Shown here: positions 9,692 through 19,956 of the stretch, piece after piece
How the letters are laid out: each line of letters begins with the position of its first letter
Position numbering within the stretch: position 1 is the first letter of the stretch
Assembly (NCBI GenBank): GCA_963769935.1
Contig: CAVYNY010000013.1
Coordinates: forward strand, 160,001 to 224,000
Reading direction: 5' to 3'
DNA: 64,000 nt
From: an uncultured delta proteobacterium
Lineage (GTDB): Bacteria; Desulfobacterota; Desulfobacteria; Desulfobacterales; JAFDCJ01
The notes under the pieces: model-generated
What the model was told of the DNA's origin: nothing
The model's database searches: none
The model's input: only the letters and a program-made list of their open reading frames with translations
Made by a program: the position numbers and the translations under genes

Positions 9692-12217
9692 ATGATTGCC
9701 GAGCTGCTGAAATCCAATATCGCCATTGTAGGCGGGGGGAGATTTTGCAAAAGATTTCTGCAATTGCTCTTCAGCGAGGATTTTGAGGATCAGCATCCGA
9801 AGGTTTTAGGGGTGGCCGATCGGAACAGCTCCGGGCAGGGGATGGTATACGCCCGGGAGATGGAAATATTTACCACGACCGACTTCAACGATCTTCTCAG
9901 CCTCGCTGACCTGCAGGTTGTGGTGGAGCTGACCGGCGATGTGAAACTCGGCAGCATCATCAAAAAAAACGCGCCGGCCGGAATCAAAATAATTAATCAC
10001 ATCGAGGCGCGGTCGCTATGGAGTTCCCTCCAGGTCGAAAAAGAAAAGCGAAAAGCATTAAAGGAATTACGGCAGAACAGTTTTAAGGCCGGCGAATTAG
10101 ACACTCTATTTGAAAAATTTGCCGACCGCTTGGGCGAAGTTGTTAAAGAGCGCAGTGACCGGTACGTGGAAATCGAAAGGGAACTGGTAGAAAGCGAAAG
10201 GGCCCTGTCCCAGATAATAGGGGGCAGTACGATACCGACATTTGTCATCAACAAAGACCATATCGTAACCCATTGGAACAAAGCCATGGAGCGGCTTACG
10301 GGCGCTCCGGTCGAGGAGATGGTGAACACCAACCGCCAGTCGACGCCTTTTTGGGGTGAAGAACGCCCCACGATGGCCGATGTTATCCTGGATCAAATTG
10401 ATGAAGACGAAATTCAGAAATTGTACGGCGAAAAATGGCGCAAATCGGCATTGATTGAAGAAGCTTATGAAGCCGAAGTGTTTTTCCCCCGGCTGGGCGA
10501 AAACGGAAAATGGTGCTGGTTTACGGCCGCTCCCATAAAAGCACCGGACGGCACCATCGTCGGCGCCATCGAAACCCTCTGGGACAAAACCGAGGACAAA
10601 AAAGCTGAAGAAGAACGGGAGCGCTACAACCGGGAACTGAGCACGATGTGCACCATTTACAGTGCCTTGAATGTTCCCGCCGATCTGGATTCGCGCATCA
10701 ACCAGACCGTGGATGAATTGTTACGGTTTTTATCGGCCGACGCCGTTGGTATCTATTTGCGGGAACAGGACGGCAACTACTATCTGCGCAATTGCCGGGG
10801 GCTATCGGCGGCAGGCTGTGAAAAGGTGAGCGTTCTTGACCAAGACAGCGCGATTCACCGTGTTGCCCAGATGAATGCATACACCATCAATGATTCCTCG
10901 CTCAAAAGGTGTTCGGATGAAGTCTTCCTCCTGCAGGAAGAAGGGATCGCTTCCATTGCCTATATTCCCATCAGCAGCAAAGAAAAGAAAACGTTCGGCG
11001 TCATCCGCATCGGCAGTAAAAAGCCGAAGTATTTCAATCATGAGCTGAAAAGCGTTCTTGAATTGATCGGCAATCGTATCGGGGTGGCCATCGAAAATGC
11101 CATGCTGCAGGATCAGTACATTAAATCGGAAAAAAAATATCGCACACTGTTTAACAGCGATCCCCATCCTATATTCATTCTTGACAGCCGGACATTTGAG
11201 ATTCTGGACATGAATCAACGGGCTCAGGTCAGCTACGGATATACCCGGGAGGAATTGCTGGGCCTGCAGTTTCTTGAGATCGGGGTAGAAGACGATAAAG
11301 AGCTGGCCCAGGCGCTGGCGAATCTTACCGAAGATCAATCGCTTCTATTCACCAAGAAACGGCACTACCGCAAGGGCCGCAAGCCGTTTTACGTCAATAT
11401 CAACATAAGCTATGCAAAATACGGCGAAGGCAATGTTATCATGGTTTCCACCACCGATATCACTGAAGTGGTCGAGAAAGAAACCCAGCTGATACAAGCC
11501 GGCAAAATGACCACGCTGGGCGTGATGGCCGCCGGCATGGCCCATGAAATCAACCAGCCTTTGAACGTCATCCAGGTGTGCGCCGACTTTTTCTTGAAGA
11601 TGCTGAAAAGGGGTGCCAAGATTGACGACGAAGACCTGCGGACCATGGCCAACGACATCGTCGCCAATGTGGAGCGGGCCACCGGTGTTATCAAACACGT
11701 CCGGGATTTTGCCAGACAATCCGAACCTATTCGCAGCAGGGTGAACATCAACGATCCAATCCGGGATGTTTTCAAAGTCCTCGGTCATCAGCTCAAAGTC
11801 CATGATATTGAGGTGCATCTGGATCTGGACCCGGATTTGCCGGATATTATGGCCGAGCACAACCGTCTGGAGCAGGTGTTTATCAACCTGGTTTCCAATG
11901 CCATCGATGCCATGGATCAAAAAAGCAGCGAGCCCGGTTCCGGGGGGGATGCGCTCAAGCGGCTATCCATTAAATCGTTCGGGAAAGACGGCCAGGTCGC
12001 AGTGCATGTCACTGATACGGGTACCGGGATGTCGGAAGAGGTTAGAAACAAGATTTTCGAACCCTTCTATACGACTAAAAAAGTCGGCAAGGGCACCGGG
12101 TTGGGAGTGAGTATCAGCTACGGAATTGTCAAAGACTACGGCGGCAGCATTGATATCGACAGTGAAATCGGCCAGGGCACGTCGTTTAAGCTGATGTTTC
12201 CGGTGGCCGGTGTTTAG
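9692..12217 (+). CDS. Sensor histidine kinase (Rossmann-like, PAS, GAF, PAS, HisKA, HATPase)
   Basis: AHEINQPL H-box, NLVSNAIDA, DTGTGM, GKGTGLG; N-terminal IAIVGGG. Confidence 0.93.
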   Translation: MIAELLKSNIAIVGGGRFCKRFLQLLFSEDFEDQHPKVLGVADRNSSGQGMVYAREMEIFTTTDFNDLLSLADLQVVVELTGDVKLGSIIKKNAPAGIKIINHIEARSLWSSLQVEKEKRKALKELRQNSFKAGELDTLFEKFADRLGEVVKERSDRYVEIERELVESERALSQIIGGSTIPTFVINKDHIVTHWNKAMERLTGAPVEEMVNTNRQSTPFWGEERPTMADVILDQIDEDEIQKLYGEKWRKSALIEEAYEAEVFFPRLGENGKWCWFTAAPIKAPDGTIVGAIETLWDKTEDKKAEEERERYNRELSTMCTIYSALNVPADLDSRINQTVDELLRFLSADAVGIYLREQDGNYYLRNCRGLSAAGCEKVSVLDQDSAIHRVAQMNAYTINDSSLKRCSDEVFLLQEEGIASIAYIPISSKEKKTFGVIRIGSKKPKYFNHELKSVLELIGNRIGVAIENAMLQDQYIKSEKKYRTLFNSDPHPIFILDSRTFEILDMNQRAQVSYGYTREELLGLQFLEIGVEDDKELAQALANLTEDQSLLFTKKRHYRKGRKPFYVNINISYAKYGEGNVIMVSTTDITEVVEKETQLIQAGKMTTLGVMAAGMAHEINQPLNVIQVCADFFLKMLKRGAKIDDEDLRTMANDIVANVERATGVIKHVRDFARQSEPIRSRVNINDPIRDVFKVLGHQLKVHDIEVHLDLDPDLPDIMAEHNRLEQVFINLVSNAIDAMDQKSSEPGSGGDALKRLSIKSFGKDGQVAVHVTDTGTGMSEEVRNKIFEPFYTTKKVGKGTGLGVSISYGIVKDYGGSIDIDSEIGQGTSFKLMFPVAGV

Positions 12218-12336
12218 GGTTGATTGGGCTTGACTTTTAGGTGTCAGGTGTCAGCACTGCCGCTGCCCGTTCTGACACCTGAACACTGAAGCCTTTAACC
12301 TTTAGCCATTAACCTTGAACCAATCATTTTAAAATT

Positions 12337-13857
12337 ATGGACAAACTATTACTCATAGATGATGAGCCCGACATTCTGAGGGTTCTTGGCATATCGCTGA
12401 AAGCAGACGGATATCATGTCATCCCGGCCCTCAATGGCGCTGAGGGCCTGGAGGCATTTTCCCGGGATAGGCCTTCCATTGTTATCACCGACATCAAAAT
12501 GCCGGGTATGGATGGTATCGAAGTTCTGGAAAAAATAAAAGAAATTGATCCCGATACGGAAGTGATTATCATAACCGGCCACGGTGATATAGACAATGCC
12601 ATCGAATCGCTTAAATATGGGGCCTCGGATTTCATCAACAAACCTGTGCGGGACGAAGCGCTGTCAATCGCCCTGGCAAGAGCCAAAGAAAAACTCGATA
12701 TCAAACGCCGGTTAAAGGAATATACGACTGATCTCGAAAAAAAAATCGAGCTTGCCACCAGTGAATTAAGAAGACAGACCAATTTTCAAATCAAACTCAT
12801 TCGAAGCTCAAATGATGGAATTGTCGCTACCGATCAGGAGTTGAAGATTGTTATTTATAATCCCGGCGCGGAGAAAATTTTCGGGTATTTCCAGTCCGAG
12901 GTCATATATAAGATGCAGTTGGAGGCGCTTTACCCGGCTGAAATCACGGGCTTGTTTCACGAGGCCTTGCGGGCGGATACCAGCCTGAAGGAAATTGCCT
13001 GGCGGGAAACCGAGATAACTTGCAAGGACGGCGAACAGATTCCGGTCAGGTTTTCGGGCACGATTTTAACGGAAAATGAACGGGAAATGGGCACGGTTGC
13101 TTTTTTTCAGGATTTGAGAGAAATTAAACGGTTGGAAAAAGAACTGGTCAAATCTGAGCGGCTGGCCGCCGTCGGGCAAACCGTGGCCGGTCTGGCGCAC
13201 GGCATTAAAAATATTTTGCACGGACTCAAGGGCGGCAGCTATCTGGTGGATATCGGAATCCAACGCAATGACACCGAAAAGCTAAAAAAGGGATGGGAAA
13301 CGATAAAAAGAAACATCGGCCGGACCTCTAATCTTGTGATGGATCTGCTGTCGTATTCCAAAGAACGCACGCCGGAATACGAAGTGTGCCGGCCCAATGA
13401 AATCATAAATGATGTTTGCGAACTGCTCAAAGCTAAAGCCGAGGAGAACAACATTGAAATCCTCACTGAATTTGACGACGCCGTCGGTGAAGTGGTTATG
13501 GATGGCAGCATAATTCATGAAGCCTTGCTGAACCTGGCGTCAAATGCCGTGGATGCCTGCCTGTTCGATGAGGACGTCGGCAAAAAATGGCAAGTCAGAC
13601 TGAAAACCGTGATGGAACCGGAAAATATCATCAAATTTGAAGTCACGGACAACGGGGCCGGCATGGACCAGGAGGTATTGCAGAAGCTCTTTACCTCATT
13701 TTTCAGCACCAAAGGGCATAGAGGCACCGGTCTGGGTCTGATGGTCACTCGCAAAATCATCGAAGAACACCAGGGCCGGATAGAAGTGGCATCCCAACTG
13801 GGCCAGGGAACCACTTTTACCGTCCGGTTGCCGTATAAGGTGGCTGATGCGGCCTAG
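12337..13857 (+). CDS. Hybrid receiver-PAS-histidine kinase
   Basis: LLIDDE/ITDIKMPGMDG receiver, AHGIKNIL H-box, GTGLGL. Confidence 0.93.
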   Translation: MDKLLLIDDEPDILRVLGISLKADGYHVIPALNGAEGLEAFSRDRPSIVITDIKMPGMDGIEVLEKIKEIDPDTEVIIITGHGDIDNAIESLKYGASDFINKPVRDEALSIALARAKEKLDIKRRLKEYTTDLEKKIELATSELRRQTNFQIKLIRSSNDGIVATDQELKIVIYNPGAEKIFGYFQSEVIYKMQLEALYPAEITGLFHEALRADTSLKEIAWRETEITCKDGEQIPVRFSGTILTENEREMGTVAFFQDLREIKRLEKELVKSERLAAVGQTVAGLAHGIKNILHGLKGGSYLVDIGIQRNDTEKLKKGWETIKRNIGRTSNLVMDLLSYSKERTPEYEVCRPNEIINDVCELLKAKAEENNIEILTEFDDAVGEVVMDGSIIHEALLNLASNAVDACLFDEDVGKKWQVRLKTVMEPENIIKFEVTDNGAGMDQEVLQKLFTSFFSTKGHRGTGLGLMVTRKIIEEHQGRIEVASQLGQGTTFTVRLPYKVADAA

Positions 13858-13934
13858 TAATGGCTAAGATATAGTTTTGGTTAAAATCAATTTTTAAGAT
13901 ATATTGCTGAGTATTTTCATAAGGAGGATGCATC

Positions 13935-14327
13935 ATGGGTAAAAAAGTACTGGTTGTTGATGATGATCCGGATGTCCGGCTGTTCAGCGTTGCGGTTCTG
14001 GAAGAAAACGGCTACACCCCCCTGGAGGCGACCAACGGTGAAGAAGGCCTTACGATGATCAAAGCAGAAAAACCGGATTTGGTTATTCTGGATATTCTGA
14101 TGCCGAGGCAAAGCGGAATCCGACTATACCGCGAACTGAAGACTGACAAATCGCTGAGGACTGTTAAAGTTATCATTCTATCCGGCATCGCCAAAAAGAC
14201 GTTTCTGCGTTCCCAGAAGGCTCTGACCGAATTCGGCGGCGAGGAGGTTCCGGAACCCGAGATTTATTTGGAAAAACCGGTCGAACCTGAGGTGCTGGCA
14301 GATAATATTAAGAAAATTTTGGCCTGA
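13935..14327 (+). CDS. Single-domain response regulator
   Basis: VLVVDDD, LDILMP and LEKP motifs; AGGAGG RBS. Confidence 0.92.
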   Translation: MGKKVLVVDDDPDVRLFSVAVLEENGYTPLEATNGEEGLTMIKAEKPDLVILDILMPRQSGIRLYRELKTDKSLRTVKVIILSGIAKKTFLRSQKALTEFGGEEVPEPEIYLEKPVEPEVLADNIKKILA

Positions 14328-14365
14328 TGCCGTAAAAATCAAACAGCAAAACGCAGTGGAGAGCA

Positions 14366-15250
14366 ATGGAAACCATGAAGATTACGCGACTACTTTTCGT
14401 CACCAAGTTCGAGGAACTGGGATACGATGCCGTGCAGTCATTGCTGAGCCTGACAAAAGCCGACTTGAACCACATTGTCTTTTTAAACGTCATCGAAAGG
14501 GAACGCTTCGCCATGAGCCGGGTGGGCTACCGCAAGGATGAGGAAATAAGACTGCGGGAAGCGGCCAATATTCGGTTTATAGACTGGTCCGAAAACCTGT
14601 TTGAGCAGGGCTTGGAGGTCGGCGTCTATATCGTGGTCGGCAGCCTGGTTCCGCAAGTCATCAAAGCCGCGCAAAAAGAGGAAGCCGATCTTATTGTCAT
14701 CGGGCGTTCGCCCAAAGGTGTGCTGGAGCATCTGTACACAGGCTCGGACATCACGGAATTATTGCGCAGGGCGGAAACTCCGGTTCTGGTGTATAAACAT
14801 TTATCGGAGACGGTGATTTCCATCGCGAAACCCTTTGAAAGACCTCTACTGGCAATGGACTGGTCAGCTGCCAGTATGAAAGCGGTAGGGTATCTAAAGG
14901 AGCTTAAAGATGTGATTCAGGAGATAAGTGTCGTTCATGTGGTCAGTGAAAAGGACTTGAAAGCCACATCGGCCATGTCCGTCCAGAAAACGCGCAAACA
15001 GGCAAGGAAGAAGCTTGAGGAGATCAGCGCCATATTCGCAGCCGAGGGCATTGAGGCCAGAGAGCATGTTTACATCGGCGAGCCGGAGGAGGAGCTTGAA
15101 AAGGCGGCCCGGGAGTGCCAGTCGACCATGATTGTGATGGGCTCGTCTGCCAAGGCGGCCTGGGTTGAAAGATGGCTGGGCAGCATACCGCAGACGATAG
15201 CCGAAAAGTCAATGTATCCGAGCCTGTTGATACCGCCGGAGAAAAAGTGA
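14366..15250 (+). CDS. Tandem-domain universal stress protein
   Basis: Two USP repeats (ADLIVIG..GS..; MIVMGS..WLGS). Confidence 0.9.
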   Translation: METMKITRLLFVTKFEELGYDAVQSLLSLTKADLNHIVFLNVIERERFAMSRVGYRKDEEIRLREAANIRFIDWSENLFEQGLEVGVYIVVGSLVPQVIKAAQKEEADLIVIGRSPKGVLEHLYTGSDITELLRRAETPVLVYKHLSETVISIAKPFERPLLAMDWSAASMKAVGYLKELKDVIQEISVVHVVSEKDLKATSAMSVQKTRKQARKKLEEISAIFAAEGIEAREHVYIGEPEEELEKAARECQSTMIVMGSSAKAAWVERWLGSIPQTIAEKSMYPSLLIPPEKK

Positions 15251-15322
15251 TAACCGTTCTGCCGGCACCAAAGTACATCGATAACATTGCAATTCAATTT
15301 AACGTATAAAAGGTGACAGTTA

Positions 15323-15946
15323 ATGGAGGATTTAATGGCGGTAATCACCATTTCAAGACAATTCGGGGCCGGTGGTATCACCCTCGGGAAAATGGTTGCG
15401 AAAAGACTAGGCTATTCATTCGTCGACACGGAAATCATCAAAATGGTCGCCGAGATGGCCAACGTTTCTACCGATTTTGTCGAGACGGTGGAAAAGGAGG
15501 CCGGCGGCAAGTTTTCGAAGTTTGTTGCCAAATTGGTTTCAAAGCCCTTGCTGGAGCGAGTGCTGAAAGATGAGCGCGGCTATATCGACGAAGAAATATA
15601 TCTGGATTACCTGGTTTTGACCATTGCTCAAATGGCTGATGAGGGCAACGTTGTCATTCTGGGTCGAGGCAGCCAGTACATCTTGGGCGACCATCCCGAC
15701 GCCTATCACTTCCTGCTGATTGATGAGTTCGCGAACCGGGTGCGGTTCATTCAGGAGCGCTATGCCCTTTCAAAAAGCCGGGCGGAGCAGGTTGTAAAAA
15801 GCGAAGACAAGCGCCGATTAAATCTTTATCGAAAATTGCATAAAACCGACTATGACAGATCCAGTCTGTATCATCTGGTGCTGAATATGCACAGGATCAG
15901 CCTGGATCAGGCGCAGGAAATGATGTGCGGTCTGGTGGCGCCATGA
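15323..15946 (+). CDS. Cytidylate-kinase-like family protein
   Basis: VITISRQFGAGG, NVVILGRG and YHLVLN motifs. Confidence 0.88.
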   Translation: MEDLMAVITISRQFGAGGITLGKMVAKRLGYSFVDTEIIKMVAEMANVSTDFVETVEKEAGGKFSKFVAKLVSKPLLERVLKDERGYIDEEIYLDYLVLTIAQMADEGNVVILGRGSQYILGDHPDAYHFLLIDEFANRVRFIQERYALSKSRAEQVVKSEDKRRLNLYRKLHKTDYDRSSLYHLVLNMHRISLDQAQEMMCGLVAP

Positions 15947-15972
15947 ATTTGAAATGAATTCGATTTTCACCC

Positions 15973-16000
15973 TTGACAGATTCAAGGAATGTCTGATAAT
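15973..16000 (+). promoter_or_regulatory. Putative sigma-70 promoter of the F0 genes
   Basis: TTGACA-N16-GATAAT about 60 nt upstream of the first atp ORF. Confidence 0.5.
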
Positions 16001-16059
16001 AAAAAAAGCTTTATTAACTTTGCTGTCACACGTGCACCAACCAATTCCAATTCAGGCGA

Positions 16060-16332
16060 ATGTTTTTTGATTTTAAAAAAAACCGCGCCTGGGCCGAAAA
16101 CCTCTCCATTGTGATGCAGATCGGCCTTACCATGGCCGGTTGTATCGTCTTTTGCTTCTTTGTAGGGCTATACATAGACAAGTGGATCGGCACAAAAGGC
16201 ATTTTTGTGGCGATTTTCACCGTGCTGGGGGTTGTCGGTGGGGCGGTAACGGTATACCGGCAAATTTTAAGTATCACCCAGGACGGGACAGGGAAAAGCA
16301 AGCCGGGAGATAAAGATCATGGAAAAAGTTAG
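16060..16332 (+). CDS. AtpZ/AtpQ-like (ATP synthase gene 1) membrane protein
   Basis: IGLTMAG..GLYIDKWIGT two-TM pattern; first gene of the F0 set. Confidence 0.85.
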   Translation: MFFDFKKNRAWAENLSIVMQIGLTMAGCIVFCFFVGLYIDKWIGTKGIFVAIFTVLGVVGGAVTVYRQILSITQDGTGKSKPGDKDHGKS

Positions 16333-16708
16333 GGAAACCCAGAAAAAGTATTGCTCACGGGCCATGATGGCGGCAATTCTCATAGGACTTTTTTTTATGC
16401 TCGCCGGATATCTTCCGATTACCAAAGGGCTGATATTGGGAACCCTTTTCAGTGTGATCAATTTTGTCCTCATCGGCGAAACGCTGCCGCTCAGACTTGG
16501 AAAACCAAAACGGAAGACCTTTTTTATTTCTCTGGGCTCGATTCTTTTCAGGTACGCACTATTATCTATTCCTCTGATTTTGGCTGTAAAATTTGAGCAG
16601 TTTAACCTGATTGCCGCTGTTGGCGGTCTTTTTGCGGTTCAGCTCGTCATTCTTGCGGACCACTTGTTCTCCTTGCTGCTTTCCCCCCAGAGAAAGCAAA
16701 TATTCTAA
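16319..16708 (+). CDS. atpI: ATP synthase protein I-like membrane protein
   Basis: 4 TM helices, GTLFSVINF and FRY motifs; lies before subunit a. Confidence 0.8.
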   Translation: MEKVRETQKKYCSRAMMAAILIGLFFMLAGYLPITKGLILGTLFSVINFVLIGETLPLRLGKPKRKTFFISLGSILFRYALLSIPLILAVKFEQFNLIAAVGGLFAVQLVILADHLFSLLLSPQRKQIF

Positions 16709-16735
16709 CCCATTTTTAAAGATGATTGAGTCACA

Positions 16736-17410
16736 ATGGAACAATTAGGCAGGATACATCAGCTGATAATTTCGGTCTGGGGGTATCACGTCACCCTTAA
16801 TCTTGAAGTCATCTTGATGACATGGATCGTCATTGTTATATTGCTGGTCTTTGGATTCTTGGCCGGCAGAAAAAAAAGCCGTCTGCCCGGCCCGCTTCAA
16901 AACGTCGGTGAATTGCTCGTTTCCAGTCTGTACGGCCTGACCGAAGATGCTATGGAAAAAAAATTGGCGCAAAAGTATGCCCCGCTTATCTGCGCGCTAT
17001 TCATGTTTCTCGTGTTATCCAACTGGTTGGGAATCCTGCCGCATCTCGAAGAGCCGACAAAAGATCTAAACACACCGCTAAGCCTGGGACTGCTGGGATT
17101 TGCAATCGCCCATTTCGCCGGTATTCGATCCAAAGGATTTAAACCTTATATCAAGGCCTATTTTGAACCCATTTTCTTTATGATGCCGCTGAATTTGATC
17201 GGAGAACTGGCGAAGGTGGTATCCATATCCTTTCGTCTTTTTGGCAACATTATGGGGGGGTCAATCATTATCATGGTAGTTTCCTATTTGACCTACAATT
17301 TGATTCTGCCGCCTGTTCTCAATGCATTTTTCGGGTTATTCGTCGGCACCATTCAGGCGTTTGTATTTACTATGCTCACGGTAGTTTACATTTCGGTTCA
17401 GGTAAAATAA
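16736..17410 (+). CDS. atpB: F0 ATP synthase subunit a
   Basis: PTKDLN, SISFRLFGNI (essential Arg) and IQAFVFTMLT. Confidence 0.96.
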   Translation: MEQLGRIHQLIISVWGYHVTLNLEVILMTWIVIVILLVFGFLAGRKKSRLPGPLQNVGELLVSSLYGLTEDAMEKKLAQKYAPLICALFMFLVLSNWLGILPHLEEPTKDLNTPLSLGLLGFAIAHFAGIRSKGFKPYIKAYFEPIFFMMPLNLIGELAKVVSISFRLFGNIMGGSIIIMVVSYLTYNLILPPVLNAFFGLFVGTIQAFVFTMLTVVYISVQVK

Positions 17411-17414
17411 TCAA

Positions 17415-18389
17415 ATGACAGCTGATATTCAGACGTGGATCAAGGCAGCGGCATTTGCAGGAGGCGGTTTGGCCATGGGATTCGGTGCCATCGGCGCCGC
17501 CATTGGGGAAGGTTATACAGCCGCAGAAGCCAATGAGGCCATCTCCAGAAACCCCCTGATCTCCGGAGATATTTTCAAAACCATGCTGATCGGCCAGGCA
17601 ATTGCCGAATCCGCTTCAATATTCGCCCTGGTCATTGCCATGATACTCTTGTTTACCGATTACGCCCCGACCTCCATTTTAACGGCTTGCGTACTGTTGT
17701 CCGCGGGACTATCTATGGGTCTTGGTGCCATCGGTTCCGGTATTGGTTCCGGGTTTCCGGCTGGGGCTGCCTGCCGCGGCATGTCCCGTCAGCCGGCCAT
17801 GGGCGGACGCCTCACCACCAACATGCTGATCGGATCAGCGGTTTGTCAGACACCGGCAATTTTCGCGCTGGTGACGTCGTTCATTCTGCTGTTCACCGAT
17901 TTTACACAGCGTTCGATTTCCCCGACCTGGGCCGCTATCCTGGGCGCCGGTTTGTCGTCGGGACTATCGGCCATCGGTTCGGGGTTGGGGGGGGGGCTTG
18001 TTGCCGAAGCAAGTTGTGAGGGCGCGGCCCGGCAGCCGGCCGCGGTAACAGCTGTTACCAATGTCATGCTGCTGGGACAGGCCGTTACCCAAACCACCGC
18101 AATATATGGACTTTTGATCAGCTTTATCTTGATATTCAAAAGTTTTCCGGAAACACAGGCTCTCGCTCCGGCCGCAGCACTTCTCGGCGCGGGCGTGTGC
18201 ATGGGCATCGGGGCGATCGGCCCCGGCATCGGAGAAGGGTTTACGGCCAAAAGTGCCGTAAGTTGGATAGCACGCAATTCAAACGCTGCGGCCGATATTA
18301 CCAGAGTCATGCTCGTCGGGCAGGCCGTTGCCGAATCGACCGGTATATATTCATTGGTAATTGCATTTATTTTGATATTCGTTGTGTGA
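17415..18389 (+). CDS. atpE: Four-hairpin (quadruplicated) F0 c subunit
   Basis: Four ~80-aa proteolipid repeats; carboxylate position is E65, Q145, Q226, E307. Confidence 0.92.
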   Translation: MTADIQTWIKAAAFAGGGLAMGFGAIGAAIGEGYTAAEANEAISRNPLISGDIFKTMLIGQAIAESASIFALVIAMILLFTDYAPTSILTACVLLSAGLSMGLGAIGSGIGSGFPAGAACRGMSRQPAMGGRLTTNMLIGSAVCQTPAIFALVTSFILLFTDFTQRSISPTWAAILGAGLSSGLSAIGSGLGGGLVAEASCEGAARQPAAVTAVTNVMLLGQAVTQTTAIYGLLISFILIFKSFPETQALAPAAALLGAGVCMGIGAIGPGIGEGFTAKSAVSWIARNSNAAADITRVMLVGQAVAESTGIYSLVIAFILIFVV

Positions 18390-18435
18390 TTTCAAATTCT
18401 TCCAGGGAAAAAATTAAAAATTCAGGAGGTTACAA

Positions 18436-18684
18436 ATGGCTATTGAAGGTGTAGATATTGTAAAAGCGGCAGCGTTTTTGGGCGCAGGAATCTCAATGGG
18501 ACTGGGTGCAATCGGACCCGGCGTCGGGGAGGGCATGGCAGCGGCCAAAGCGTGCGAAGCCATCGGCAAAAATCCGAAGGAAGCCGGTCTTTTAACCCGA
18601 ACCATGCTGGTCGGACAGGCGGTGACCGAGTCCACCGGAATTTATTCGCTGGTAATCGCGCTACTTCTGTTGTTTGTCGTCTAA
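18436..18684 (+). CDS. atpE: Single-hairpin F0 c subunit, Na+-type signature
   Basis: E32, E65, S66, T67, Y70 (ESTGIY); AGGAGG RBS. Confidence 0.96.
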   Translation: MAIEGVDIVKAAAFLGAGISMGLGAIGPGVGEGMAAAKACEAIGKNPKEAGLLTRTMLVGQAVTESTGIYSLVIALLLLFVV

Positions 18685-18848
18685 TTTATCCGCTCTGAAA
18701 AATGGCATATTCAGGATGTTCAGTTATTTTATGGATTCTGAAGCATGTTGTTTGATTATCGGTCCGGCCGATCAATTAATTTATGCTGTGCCTGTTTGAT
18801 TTTATTTTTTTAAGTTAATTCATTTCAGCGACTTGTGTATCAAGTTAA

Positions 18849-19352
18849 ATGGTTTCGCAGCTTAACCGTGAAACCGGCGCCGATGGAATACGTCTTATGC
18901 AAATCGTCAGCAATATCGCTCTCATTACCATCAATGAAACGTTGATTGTGCAGTTGATTTCCTTTCTGCTGTTTTTATACCTCATCAATCGGGTGATGTT
19001 TCGTCCGTTACGCGAGGCAATGTCCGAGCGCGACAGTTACATCGAAAATCTGCGGCGCGAAATCTCCGATCAGCAAAAAGAGCTTCAAAAACTTTCAGCC
19101 CGGATGAAGGAAAGCGAGCAGGCCGTCGTTCGGGAAGCACACCATTTGAGCAATGTGCACGAAGAAACCGGCAGCCGCGAAGCTGCTCAGCTTATAGCCA
19201 CAACCCGGACCGAACTCCACGCACTTAAGGTAAAAACCGGCCAAGAAGTCGAAAACAGGATTGTAGAGGCTCGTGAACAATTGAGAACGGAGACACATGT
19301 CCTGGCAATGAATATCATGGAAAAGATTCTTGAACGGAGATTGGCTTCATGA
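18849..19352 (+). CDS. atpF: F0 subunit b'
   Basis: INETLIVQLISFLLFLYLINRVMFRPL followed by a coiled coil; likely start MQIVSN at 18897. Confidence 0.88.
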   Translation: MVSQLNRETGADGIRLMQIVSNIALITINETLIVQLISFLLFLYLINRVMFRPLREAMSERDSYIENLRREISDQQKELQKLSARMKESEQAVVREAHHLSNVHEETGSREAAQLIATTRTELHALKVKTGQEVENRIVEAREQLRTETHVLAMNIMEKILERRLAS

Positions 19353-19936
19353 AAATTGTCAAAAATATACGTATCCTCTGCATCTTTCTGTTTGCGGGCA
19401 CCACCGCTTTCCACTTATTCGAAACTGCGGCCCTGGCGGCTGAAAGCGGAAGCAGCTGGCGTTCGAATTTCGATCTGATTATGATGTGGCTGAATTTCGC
19501 GATCCTGGCAATCGTGCTGATCAAATACGCCAAAAATCCGATCAAGGGGTTTTTCCGGGACCAGAAGGAAAGCATTGCCAAAGCCATAAGCGATATTGAA
19601 GCGCAAAAAGAAGCCAATGACATCGAAATCCGTAAGGCCCAGCAATTAATGCAGGAAAGCAGTGCTCGTTTTGAAGAAATAAGGGGAAAAATTATCGCCG
19701 AAGGTGAACGCAAGAAACAAGCCATCATCGAAGGCGCCCAGCGGGAAAGCAGACTGATGATCGAACATGCCGAGTTTTGGATAGAGCGCCACATCCAGCA
19801 GGCCAAAGAAAGGCTCAGATCCGAATTGATAGACGAATCCATTGAGCAGGCCCTGCAGCGGCTGCCGCAGGTGCTTACCCCGGAAGACAACCGGAAATTC
19901 ATAAGCCGCTACCTGACCGAGATCAAGACGCCTTGA
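19349..19936 (+). CDS. atpF: F0 subunit b
   Basis: WLNFAILAIVLIKYAKNPIKGFF followed by a coiled coil; ATGA overlap with b'. Confidence 0.88.
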   Translation: MKIVKNIRILCIFLFAGTTAFHLFETAALAAESGSSWRSNFDLIMMWLNFAILAIVLIKYAKNPIKGFFRDQKESIAKAISDIEAQKEANDIEIRKAQQLMQESSARFEEIRGKIIAEGERKKQAIIEGAQRESRLMIEHAEFWIERHIQQAKERLRSELIDESIEQALQRLPQVLTPEDNRKFISRYLTEIKTP

Positions 19937-19956
19937 CCAAGTAAAGAACAAATACG

